Source: Balanoglossus misakiensis
Lineage: Eukaryota; Animalia; Hemichordata
DNA length: 64,000 nucleotides
Assembly: GCA_040954595.2 (NCBI GenBank)
Contig: CM082580.2
Coordinates: forward strand, 10,456,390-10,520,389
Direction of reading: 5' to 3'
A program made the translations under genes and the position numbers. The notes beneath the pieces are model-generated. The model was not told the origin of the DNA and did not search any database. It saw nothing but the letters and a program-made list of their open reading frames with translations. Position 1 is the first letter of the stretch. Every line of letters begins with the position of its first letter. This document shows, in pieces, positions 1 to 12,291 of this stretch.

Positions 1-216
1 TTTATTCAAAATGGTGTGTGGAGTATGATTTACTCGTTTTAAGCTGAGATTTCGCTGTAGTCTGGTGACAGACTTGGAGGTCTTGACTCATAGGGACACC
101 TGTGTCTGATGATATGTAAACTTTCAGTCAAGGAAAGCGATGAATATCTATATCCATATTATTCTACAAAACTTGTGTTTTCTTTGAGTCCCGGTATACG
201 CATTCCACTGAGATGA

Positions 217-584
217 TCATACTTCATACAATGTGCGGGGAAGTATGAGAAAAAGGATATGTTTTGTTGAAACGTCTTTGAAATCAAAATAATTGAGGTT
301 AATCCTGGCTGCAACTAGTTTCCCAAGCCTTTCCAATTTCTGGGGGGAAAAGAAAGACAACATTTAATTTCTTTGGATGAGACATGCATTGTAATACACG
401 AGTCGCTGTACTTTGTGGGTATTCGGTATAGCGATATAGAGGGGAGAGGATTGGATGGTTGTGTTGGCAGTAAACTAAAAGACGATATCCTACCTCCCTG
501 TTTGTGCCTGTGTAACTGAGTTCTTGTTCTTCGACGTGGTAGCCGTTTAACACAATGGTGAAATACATGTCCCCGCCGCCTGCA

Positions 585-615
<31 letters not shown>

Positions 616-1618
616 GCACTTTAAATATCCACGCGCAAAATAATCAGCCTGAGAATACCATGTTACTCTTTGGTCAACCTACCTCCTTTTAGCCCACGTA
701 ATCTGATGTATATGTTGTGTATATGGCCTTTGTAAACCAGTTTGTCACCCGTGTAGAAACCATATTCATCCCTGTTTGTGTTGACGACTATTCTCCGCTT
801 ATCTTTGTACGTGAAAATGATATAACAGGCGCTGCATAGGACCAGGATGACGAGGGTGAAGTTTTGCTGGAAGAGACCAAGAAGATTTGTGTCTCGTGAG
901 GCTAGTATTGACCACCAAACGTGGCGATGGTATCATTTGCAGGTGTACTTTGAAATGATTGTGTGCAAAGAACACAGGGGACATTCTGTCGCGCTGTCGT
1001 TTTACTGTCGGAACTTCAGGTCCATACTTACATCCATTGGTTTATCGGCGTAGTAACCTATGACCCCGATGACAACAAGTATCATCACGGCCGTCGCTTG
1101 CCACAACTTGGGAGACCGGAATTCATACTCGAAATCTGTATTTCAACAAACAAACAAACAAACAAATAAAACGCAAACGTCCTTAATATTGGTGCGTCCT
1201 CTGGCAATTGCATTAAAGTCGTTTAATCCGAAAAAGCATTTCATATTGACAGGAACGAGCTTTTTAGTTTCACCTGAAAGCGAGTACAGTAACTACACTT
1301 TGTCAATTTAGCTTTTTTTCAGTCCAGAACTTCTCCGTTTCTGTTTGTGTGATGAAAGGGCCCAGTAGAATCCCTAACGAGAAACTCGTGTACTTTTTAC
1401 ACGACAGTTCATGTGAAAGGCAAGTTGAACTTGCATTACTCTGATGCGCAGTCCTTTGTTTTAGTCTTTTGTCGTAATTAATCTGATCACTTACATCCGG
1501 GAGCTAACTCCGTAAACGGGTGCGTGTGGTTCTTTTCGAGATTCTTCTTAAAATAAAGTTCTGGTTTCGTCAGGAATTTCACCTGAAAATCCCAAGTTCC
1601 GAAGATGCCCACTACCAT
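217..1618 (-). CDS. TMEM249: TMEM249-like CatSper channel auxiliary subunit (CATSPER-theta), 5 coding exons
   Basis: Not seen as one ORF in the track. Hand-spliced exons 1618-1495, 1135-1032, 866-683, 579-494 and 339-217 are all GT-AG and phase-consistent. They give MVVGIFGTWDFQVKFLTKPELYFKKNLEKNHTHPF...FEYEFRSPKLWQ, two TM segments, ...YKGHIHNIYIRL...YFTIVLNGYHVE...LERLGKLVAARINLNYFD. This matches recalled TMEM249 motifs (WxFQ..PE, LGxxIAxxLNxNYFD). The extreme C-terminus is less certain. Confidence 0.8.
590..611. repeat. (GA)n microsatellite in a TMEM249 intron, forming the polypyrimidine tract on the - strand
   Basis: Run of GAGAGA seen directly in the sequence. Confidence 0.9.
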
Positions 1619-2138
1619 GACACCATACCATCCAGAGCTGCAACGCCGTCTTCATGAAATGCAACAGCGATATTCCGTCTTCGACACCTGCCCAATAGTT
1701 CGTCCGATTGTCGTCGTGTGGGCGCGTTCTAGAATCGTCATTCTGTTTGACCCTGCTTGACCTTTCCGATTCTACCGAGTCTGTGTTCCGTCGCGTCGCT
1801 ATGCGTGTGATTACGTCATCGCGCGTCTTGGGCGAGTGCGTGCACGTTTCGTTTATTCTTTTTGGGAACTTTGGAACCGAACGTTCAGATGAATTTTAGG
1901 TTTAATTATGATTTTGGCCGAGCAGTGCAAAAATCATGCTATTTTGAAGCATTTTGTTGGTCTCAGATTTTGTTTTAACGGCGTCCGACCTCAAACGATT
2001 GTCGTGACGTAATGTATCGCACAGTGGGGTGATATTCTACGAGAACTTACTTGACAAGAGAGGTCACCAAAACCGACATTTATTGCGCAAACAAAGGATT
2101 GTTGAAGCCCTCACCAGAAACAAGTCGAAACAGTCTTG
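1619..2138. promoter_or_regulatory. Putative bidirectional promoter between TMEM249 and KLHL10, with two CRE-like sites
   Basis: 520 bp separate the divergent ATGs and the interval is CpG-rich. TTACGTCA at 1811-1818 and its reverse complement TGACGTAA at 2005-2012. Confidence 0.55.
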
Positions 2139-4642
2139 ATGACATTATCTGAGACGACAGAAGTTAACATGGAGAAGAAGATCAGCGTGGCGGCCTGCAA
2201 TGTGTTTCGAGAACTCCGACAAAATCGACAGTTGTGCGACGTTGTCATCCAAGCCGAAGATCAGGAGTTTCCGGCGCACCGGAACATACTCTCCGCGTGC
2301 AGCCCGTACTTCCGGGCCCTGTTCACGAACGGCATGTACGAGAGCCTGACGCCGGTCGTGAAAATACCCGGCGTCTCGGGGAGGATCATGAACCAGATCA
2401 TCGACTACGCCTACACCAGGGACGTCGTCATAACAGAGGACAACGTGGTGGACCTGATAGTGGCGGCTGACCAGTTCCACATCCTGGGCATCCTTGAACA
2501 GTGCGTGGAGTTCGTCATCGCCCGGCTGGACGCGGAGAACTGCATCGGTGTCCGCAAGTTCGCCCAGTCCTACTACATCCCGAACCTGGCCGAGGCCGCG
2601 TTCACGTACATGCTGGAGTTTTTCGACGACGTCGCCTCCAACTACGACAAGGACGAATTCCTGGAGTTGTCCCTGGATGAACTCTGCGAACTTGTCGGTC
2701 ACGATGACCTGAACGTCAAGACCGAAGAGACCGTGTTCGAAGCGGTGATCCGCTGGATAGACTACGACCCGGACAACCGGAAACAGCACTTATTTACCCT
2801 GCTGTCGCAGATTCGTCTTGGGATCGTGAACCCGGAGTACTTCATCAGCAAGGTCAAATGTCACGCGTACCTCAGGGATAACGAGGAGTGCAAGCCTCTT
2901 ATAATCGAGACGATGAAGTATCTGTACGATTTGAGCGGCCACGAGCCCGACTTCCAGAACCCTTTGGCGAGGCCGCGGATCCCGCAGGACGTCATGTTCG
3001 CCGTGGGAGGCTGGAGCGGCGGCAACCCGACGAACGTCGTCGAGGCGTACGACACACGGGCGGACCGCTGGAAAATCGTCGAGCCCACGGACACGTCGCC
3101 CCGCGCCTACCACGGCGTGGCCGTCCTCGGTAAGACGCTGTACATGGTGGGCGGCTTCGACGGCAACGAGTATTTCAACAGTTGCCGGTGTTTCGACCCG
3201 GTGAAGAAAGTCTGGAAGGAAATCGCGCCCATGAATACGAGGCGCTGTTATGTGAGCGTCGCCGCTTGTCGTGGTTACGTTTACGCGATGGGAGGCTTCG
3301 ACGGACACACGAGGACAAGGTCTTCAGAAAGGTAAAGATAAAAAAATGCACTTTATAACCCTTTCATACTTTCTGCCAGTTGTTCAGAGCAGAGAACCTA
3401 TACAACGTGCAGTGTGAAACTGCGGCACCCACAAATAAAAACAAAAGTTGAGCAGTTTCAACAACAATAGAGGGCGTCGACCACCACCCCTTATTAGCAT
3501 ACGGACGAATCCAGAGAACTTAAAATGTGAAAGAATTTAGCAGAAGTGATGATGGTATTGAAGAAATGGAATGCTGTGTTCTTCCCGCATTTTTGATGAT
3601 GAGATTTTTTAAACTTCAGATACCAACCGGAAACCAATCAGTGGAGCCTTTTGCAACCGATGAACCACCATCGTAGCGATGCAAGTGCCACTTGTCTGGA
3701 GGATAGGATTTACATATGTGGTGGGTTCAATGGCCACGAATGTCTGCAAACGGCCGAATACTACGACCCAGACACAGGTAACTTGTAGATGAACAGTTTT
3801 CAAGATGGTTCATTTATTGGGTATTATCCCTTGTTTACACTTATTAATCGCAGGCTTATTAATCGGTAGATAAAAAATAATAACTAGGTCCGAAGAGCAA
3901 AATGAGGAAAAGTTATCTTATATTAACCCCTTTCTAACTGTCAGGATTATGGAATGATCTCCCCTCGATGAGGAATCGAAGGAGCGGCGTCGGCGTGGCG
4001 GCTTACCGGGGCTGCGTGTACGCCGTCGGCGGCTTCAACGGACTTTCGCGTCTGAACACGGCCGAAAGGTACAACCCCATCACGAACCAGTGGTCCAGCA
4101 TCCCGACCATGTACGTGCACCGCAGCAACTTCGGCATCACCGTGCTGGACGACATGCTCTTCGTCATCGGCGGCTTCAACGGCGTGACCACCATCTTCAG
4201 CGTGGAGTGCTTCGACGAGAAGGCGGCCGAGTGGTACGACGCCGCCGACATGAGCGTGTACCGCAGCGCGCTCAGCTGCGGCGTGGTGGCCGGCCTGCCC
4301 AACCGGCGGGAGTACACGTACCCGCGCGACCCCAGCAAGCCGGCGGCGGCCGTCGGCGCGGAGAGCCACGGGGGCAACACGTCGTCGTCCGATGCGCAGG
4401 ACCTGGTGCAGGAGATCATCGCGGCAGCCGCCAACGAGCTGAACGAGAACAACAACAACTTGCAAGAGATGCTGGAGCAGGAAATCGCGGACGATCAGGA
4501 AGGCGCGGAGAGCGACACCAGCGCCGACGAGAACATCCCCGTGCCAGACCGCAACCCCAACGACAGGCGCGCGCCCAGTCGGAACCATAGCAACGATGAT
4601 GACTTGGGAAACAACGGGTTTGCCCTCATGCACCTTGTTTAG
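2139..4642 (+). CDS. KLHL10: Kelch-like protein 10 (BTB-BACK-6xKelch, CUL3 adaptor), 3 exons
   Basis: Exons 2139-3331, 3620-3777 and 3945-4642 are GT-AG and in phase. The N-terminal MEKKISVAACNVFRELR resembles KLHL10 MERKMSAMACEIFNELR. BTB FPAHRNILSACSPYFRALFT; kelch repeats FAVGGWSGGNPTN, RRCYVSVA, RSDASA, RRSGVGV, RSNFGI, RSALSC. Confidence 0.9.
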
Positions 4643-5128
4643 AATTAACCGCAACAAACAGGCGACAAAACCGAAAACGTCCATGAACTTACTAGATATT
4701 TTTGCCTGATGTTGAACTATGGGGAAATCAGAAACTAAGAAAAATTGATGGCAAAATTTTATATGCGCGCTACATATTTTTACGTGTTCACCATTGTGAT
4801 AGTCTTTGTCCCCGAATAAATTTCAGTCTTAATCAAAATGTGGGGTACGTAGTATTATTCATGTCATTCCGCTTTTGTCCACTTTAAGCATCACATAGTA
4901 AACATGTACGTACTACGGGCCTAGGTACAAATTAATATAGGAAACAAGAAAATGCGCGTTTATTCGCATATACTAATGGCGTCATTTTTCCTGGGATCTA
5001 AAAGCCGGGCAGCGACTCTCAGATTTTCATGGAAACTTGCACGTCGACTAAATAATTAATTTGAACACTTTCGTTGCTCCCCAGGAGACCAGTCGTCATT
5101 TGTAATCTAAGTCCGAGCAATGAACCCT

Positions 5129-7843
5129 TCAGAGGTATCGCTCCTCGTCGTAAGCTCTTCTCGTCCGCGGCCTGGCGTAAAGGTTCTGTTTGTATGTCTT
5201 CATTTCGTTTGCATCATCGTCGTCGTATTCGCTGGAATCGTCCGTCTCGTTCTGTCGTCTGCTTTTGTTATAGAGGTCAGATACAAAGTACGCCTAGAAG
5301 AAAAAAAAATCAACTTCGATTCCGAGTATCTGCATACATGCAAGATTATTCGCAAATGTATCTGTTCCATAATATTAAAATCCTGAATTATGCATTTTCA
5401 CACAAAAATATAAATAATTTTGGCATAAATCACTCACGATAAAGTAAGCCAGTAGAATTCCCAGGACGCTACCCCACAACACGTCACTGGGGTGGTGTCT
5501 GTTGTCATAGATACGTGAAGCAGCACAGGCACAGGCCACCATTAAACACAGTCCTTGCAGGAATGGTTTGACCAGACGGGCGCTCCTCCATTTTAACCGT
5601 GCTTCTATGTACATCTGAAATGCGGGAAAAGATTACGGGTGATATATATCTCTCCCCCCCCCCCCTCTATTACAACGCTACCACGCCACCGTGCATTTTC
5701 ATCTCTATGCACAAGCTACTAAAACTAATATTTACCTCTGCAGGTGAGCAGCGAGTTCCAAACCTGTGATATCATTCACTACTAGTACACATTATAGGAT
5801 ACTTACTGCTGAGAACATCATCGAGTAGAAACCTACTGCCGCGTGGCCTGACGGAAACGATTCTCTATATATCAAAAGGAAATAATGTAAACTCAAACAC
5901 AAAGTAAGAATTAACCATCTACCGGCTATATCTGTCGGAGTCCATGATCTAAATTTACACATAAGTTAGTTTTCGTAATATGTCTACAGGGAGACCGTCA
6001 CACGCAATTTTCTTTCAGCGTTTTGCACTACTAAGGCCCCCAAACGAGAGCCTGACGAACTCATTGAATTTGGAGGCCAGCGTGTAGTTCTCTTACCGTG
6101 CGTCTTGGATTTGCCCCGGGTCGCCGTTGCATACATCGCCCTCGATCAACCCGTCTGAGCAGTTGAACAGGGCGTAGTCCGGCTGGCAGGTGTCCAGGAA
6201 GTGAGGGCGCAGTTGTCCGCCCATTCTCTTTCCCAGAAGGACGAAGAGAAACATTAACGCCGCTCCGAAGAGGTACAAACCAGTCTTTTGGTAGATGCTG
6301 ACTATTATGGGATGCACAGAGAGTTTGCACAACTTGAACACATAACGCTGGCGTCTGCGGTGTCCTGCGCGGTAGGCGTAGAAGAGAACTTCTCCCAGAC
6401 CGAACTGTTGAGAAGATGACAGATTTTGTGTATTGGGTCAGAAGTCACGGTGTGTGTAAGGGAAGTTATAGGATTCAATAAAAGCAAGCACTTTTTGCGT
6501 CATTCATTTGAAAATCATCCAATTCCATTGCCACCTGACATTTCGTCACGGTACTTTTTGTCCGCGCCTGTCGTTCAACGAACGCTAGGCGGGTCGAGGG
6601 AAAATGAACTGAACAATTTGGCCTACAACATACCAAGAGTACCGGAGGTAGGAAGACTGCCAACAGAAGTGCATGAAGTGTTATTGTGTCGCCCTCATAC
6701 AGGTACTGGATATTTGGGTCGTTGCAGAAGAAGCCTCGTTCTCGGGCCGGAAAGACTTCGAGGATGGTGGAGTAGAATAAGCCCAGCAGCGCAACTGTAA
6801 CAAAACAAAAACAAATAAAAAAAAACAAACAATCAATAACAAAACAGACAATCAATGGCGACATCGCCAGGACCAAAGATGTGCTCTATAGCAGATACGT
6901 TGGACCAGATTCCATCTGTGATATCTATACATATTATTATTGATATTGGAGCGTCCATTTTGCTTTGGTCAATAAGAATGGAGAAACACCGACGCGGTTG
7001 TCCTCGCATCAAATAGCTGCGTTGTCAGGCAGAGGACAGTGCACTAGTCCGACGGATCGACCGCAGCGTGTCGTATTCATCATTCACGGTCTGTTTGCTC
7101 GACCTTATACAAATGTGTTTATCTACGTCTTTGCAGACTGCAAAGGGATCTCTTATGAAGTCAAGGGACCCTATGAATTCTTCACATGAAGTCGCTTCTA
7201 TCAGCCGCGGGGGGGGGGGGGGGGGTACAATTTTCAGCGAAACTTCCAAACAAACCGTGTTTGTAGTATCCTTGTGATGGTTTCTGTTCATAGTATTTCG
7301 CGATGTGGTTGATGGCGGTGCAGACCACAGCAAAAATGATACAACAAAGCTGAACAATTTGAGGTGTGTTTAATAACCCTGCCCTTGTATGACCTCCGCA
7401 CGAGATGGTCATTCCGAATTGGAGTCAAAGATATAATGTGCGGCCATTATTTTGTAAGGAGGCCACGGAGTTATCAAAACCGATACCTTGGACCCTGAGA
7501 CCGAATCCCCCACTAATCGCGATCATACGTAACAACCATCAAATCACTATACAATGGACACCTGGCCTCGCATCATGTCTGATTAACATCGGCGGCATGT
7601 TAGTATGTTGGTGACGTGCCCCTCAGTGTGTGTGTGCACGTGTGTCCATGCCTGACACGGTCTCGCAACCCATGGCGTGCCCTGAACTTCAGTGTACACT
7701 ATGTAGACAACAACAAGCGACTCACGTCAACATTATTAAAGTTCATGACCACACACCTAACCATGCATGAGTAAGCACCTACCTGTCGCGACAAACAAGA
7801 CTATGTCGATGATGATATTATATATTTTCAAGTCCTTCGTCAT
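5129..7843 (-). CDS. Phospholipid phosphatase (PAP2/PLPP/wunen family), copy A, catalytically intact
   Basis: Exons 7843-7783, 6794-6634, 6404-6097, 5864-5807, 5614-5438 and 5293-5129. Motifs RGFFCNDPNIQY, C1 KRMGGQLRP, C2 SFPSGH, C3 SRIYDNRHHPSD. Confidence 0.88.
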
Positions 7844-9188
7844 GCTGCAGACGTCCCCTGTCTGGTGATGAGAGGCAAGAATCGACAAATTAGATCGAAA
7901 TAAAAAAGCTCTCAATCCACAACTTCCGCTTCGGTACGATGATCGCCCGCCTGGGTTGTAACGGGTCAACACTAGCTTGCCTACTTATCTCAGTCCGTGT
8001 AAACAGTGTCTATAATAAACAGTCTGTTTGCAAGCAAAACCTTTGGACACAGAGGTTCATGACCTGACCCGAGTTCACGCACTGGATATTTTCACAGGAA
8101 GTCAACGATTTCATCAATAGCAACTGCCAATAATTAAACTAACAGTATGAGACATGTATGTACATTTCCGTTTAATTATAAGTTTGCAAAAGTCATCTTT
8201 CTTTAAATTCATCACAAACAAAAGTTGGCAATAAAACACTTACATTACATTGTTATCAAAACTGGTGGATAAAACTGATAATCGGTGAGCCTTGATTTAC
8301 ACGAGTTCGCCCTGTGTAATTATTTGACGCGTACGTACATTGACATCAAACAATTTTAGCTGGACCTGTGTACAGTTGTTCAATATATCACCTACTTGAG
8401 TATAGAAACCCTGGAATGTACTGAGATCATAAACTTGAAAAAAGAGCATTGCAAGAGAACATGCGACAAAACGCTTTGCCAACACTCTCTACATGAGTAT
8501 TCCATTCAAATGGGTAAAACTGAACAAGAACAAAATTAATCTCTCTTTTTAGGAGGCAGAACCCGATATAATGCGAGGAGTTCACTGGAACAGTGCAGAA
8601 TACCTAAATACCAGGACAGTTATTGGTACACTTGGTTTTCCTTTGAGAGAACTCAGTGTCGCATGTTGCGGATCTGCCTGCAAATCTACATAATGATCAG
8701 TAACTTATTTCGTACCCTTCTCGATTTTATGTCTTTTCTGAATATTTAAAACGAAGGAAAACGCTATACATGTATATACCGAAATTTATCCTGGCCAATC
8801 GCTAACCCTACTATGTTATACAAAGATGAGGAGCTTCGGGTGATGCATTCTCTCCCATCACTAAATCGTCTCGGATAAAACTAGGGCATGTTTACTTAGT
8901 ACGTGAATCACAAATTAATGACTCTCCCTGTTTTCAACTTGAACGTGAGGAAGCGAAAGCTTTAGTCGTGCAATGTTGTGCTCTGCTATGCATGGTGGCG
9001 CAGTCCGACCCCCCGTCAACTGAAATGGTGCAGTCCAAAATTACTAGTAAAGTCTTTCGGTAAACTGTGGACGATCCTTCGGCAGGACTTCATCACGAGT
9101 CGCGTCCATTGACTTTATGATTGGCAATTTTCTCGCTTTGTGTGACGTTTTACAAGCATGTGTCGTCGTTCTTGTTCATCCCAATGAT

Positions 9189-12100
9189 TTACATGGTGTA
9201 TTCAGACCAGTTTTGATTCGCTTGTGTTCTAGAATTCCTGACGACGTAGTTTGACATTTCAACGGGGCCATCTTTATTCACGTAACCGCCTGAGCTTCGT
9301 CTTCGGAACATGCCAGTCAGATAATATGCCTGTAAATTGAGAAGTATGAAGATAATCACTGTGGTAGTCACTCTCTGACATTGGACTTTACTACACGTAT
9401 ACCCACACGGGCGTTTCTGTCTGTCTGTCTGGCTCCATCAGTCAACTTCGTCGCGTTTTTTCTCTCTCACACAGATTTATAAAGATTCTACATAATGTAC
9501 GGACTATAGAGCCACTTACCACGAGGATGGCGATACCAGCTCCGAGGAGCGCCCCGGCAATGACGTCGCCGAGATGGTGGTAGAAGTCGTACACCCTTGA
9601 GAAAGCAATGAAGGTGGCGCCAAACAGACAGGCAGCTTGCAGCAAAGGTTTCACCAGTCTGGCGCTCCTCCACAACAGCCGTGCCTCCAGGTACATCTGA
9701 AAAGGGAATTTGTGAAGAGTAACTATCGGCGTTTGGCGTGCAGGGCGCCGCCATAGCATGCACTTGGTGAAAATACTGTGTTTTCAAAACACCTTCACAT
9801 AAACATGGATGCAGCAAACAGTTATCTTAAAACGTTTCCCCTGGTGAGCTAATTTCTGCATTTTTTGTATCGTTATTTAAGCGATCAGTATTTTTTTAAA
9901 TTAATGATTTTTTTGTCTAGGACAAAATCAGTGGATTTTTAATCAAAAGCACAGCTGAGGGAAAGTCCCACTTTTCAAGAGATACTTACCACTATGAATG
10001 TCAGACAATAGAAGGCAGACGACGCATGCCCAGAAGGGAAGGACTCTCTGTGGAGACAATTCAGCGATTTTTGAATAAAGTGACAATTCGTGCGCTAGGG
10101 ATCATGCTAAACAAAATCGGAATAACACTTGAATGTCCTGCAAATTGCTCTGATCAGTAACCTATTAACAGTCACGTTTCGTACCTGGCAGTGTCGGCGT
10201 CTTCGCATGCGCCGAATATAAGCTCCGACGAATTGGATCCCGCGCAGTTATAATCGCACAGCGCCAAAAAGTTCGGTCGCAGGCCGCCGACCATTCTCTT
10301 CACCAACATAGTGATCAGATGGGTGACGCCCTCACCGAACACGTAGAGACCAACCAATTTGTAGATGTTGGCGATGATTGGGTTGACGTTGCAACCGCAG
10401 GGCACACATCTTTGGCGGTCGTCGTCTTGCTTGCGTGTGTGGAGGCAGTAGAAGAGAATTTCTCCGAACAGAAACTGTAAAAGTACGGTACAATAAAATG
10501 AATATTAAGTAGCCTGGCAATTTATGTTCCGGTACAGGTCTTTTTGTATACAGTGCACTCTTACCTGTGGATCTAATATACATGTACTAGTATTCATGAG
10601 TTAGTGTTCTGGAATTAATTTATTCAAACTACATATGAAGTAAGGGTAGCTGGAGAAACGAAATCTCTGCCAGTTTAGTCTCCTGATGAGTGAGTCCAGT
10701 ACTTACAATGATAATCAGTGCGAATATTCCAATGTACATGTATAAGGTGGGAACGGTTTCTTCTTTTAGTGGATACGTGATGCTGTTGTCATCGCAACTG
10801 AATCCCCGATCAAGCACCTTCAGGAAGTTCACTTCGTAAAAGAAAGGAATTATCACCAAAGCCGCTGAAACAGATGAAGGACAAAAATGAGTTATTAAAC
10901 AGTCACCCACACTACACACAATGCACTGTATATGACGGATCATGTGAGCGAATCCGAACCATAGTGGCATATGCTTGACGCGTGACTAACAATCACCGGC
11001 AAAGAGATATACATGTATTTATTTTTCACCTCCTTTGGGTCACAATCACTCATTCGTGTCATAAAATATGCTGAGTAAACAAGTATCTTGTGATATCCAA
11101 GCCAATTGTACCAGGTTCTCGTGGATTGGCTTGGTAAAGGTTGCTGGTTTGTCGACCGGATTATTAGTCAGATTACCATAAAAAGAAAGACCCTTGACAA
11201 AGCCAAGAGAATTTCGGTCAGAGTTATTAATACATGCCGGCTACTACTGTTTATTGTCCAACTAATATCGATTTTAAAACGGTCAGGAAATGATCACCAT
11301 CAACGCCCACACGTGACAAAAGATGTCTGCCCCTTGCACTGAAAACAATTAACATTAAAACGAAAGGAGAAATCGTGCCTGCGTGGGCATAAAAGAAATG
11401 AGAAGATGGCCGTGAACCGATGAAGGTGTAAATGCAACTCTGCGTGTCCTAGACCCAGTGTGTATAACTATAATGGCAAGAGAGAGATAGACAATACTAA
11501 TTTCGTTGAATGCGCTTTCCTTGGAGCATACGTCAACACACAGTGTACTGCTGTTAGCATAATAAGTGACGTTTGGTGTCTTGGCGAACCCATGGATCTA
11601 ACTTCCACTCATCGCCCTGGGGCTAGTTACCACCCCACAGAAAGCCTGAGCGACCATGTTTGCTTTGAAGGCCTTTAGAAATTCTGCTCAGAACAATTGA
11701 AAGCGGGTATATAATATAGGCTTTCATCGGACGGTCGTGAGAAAGTTGCGCGGCTGTTAAACCACGGCCGTCGCAGAGCAGCCTCGGAGCATTCCGTGGC
11801 AGAGTTCTCAGACGTATATTTTGGTATGTAAACGTCAACGAAACAGGCCTGTTTGTACAGACAATGATTGTCATGTATCACCGACGTGAGATGAGTCAAC
11901 GTCCATGAGTCAACCACCGTGAACATGGGAGTGTTCGACCGTCCAGTGTTGGACGGAGCCACGGGCAGCCATTGAAGGGTTTCTTGCATTAAGGGTATAG
12001 TCGATCCGTGGATACAGGGACATACCCAGCACGAGTATGTAGAATATAATTGACATGCCTGCCACGGTGAGGAATAATCGGCCGGCCTTGAGTCTAAATG

Positions 12101-12291
12101 GTTAAAAAGTATTGTAATCCTGATTCGTATGAAACACGGCGAAGACGCCCTTGTGTTCACACCGCTGACGGATCGCAAATCTTCAGTCACCATGATGCAA
12201 GACACGGCATAAATATAACATAAGACATCTTACCAACACCACAGAATATAACGAAGTCCAGGAAAACGTTGAAGACCCGAATGTCCGCCAT
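9189..12291 (-). CDS. Phospholipid phosphatase (PAP2/PLPP family), copy B, catalytically intact
   Basis: Exons 12291-12234, 10864-10707, 10474-10185, 10047-9990, 9696-9520 and 9329-9189, with the same intron positions as copy A. Motifs RGFSCDDNSITYP, C1 KRMVGGLRP, C2 SFPSGH, C3 SRVYDFYHHLGD. Confidence 0.88.

Noticed and set aside
2145-4684. Long antisense and alternate-frame ORFs over KLHL10 (214, 172, 245 and 166 aa)
   Set aside because: Shadow ORFs of GC3-rich coding exons, with no independent motifs.
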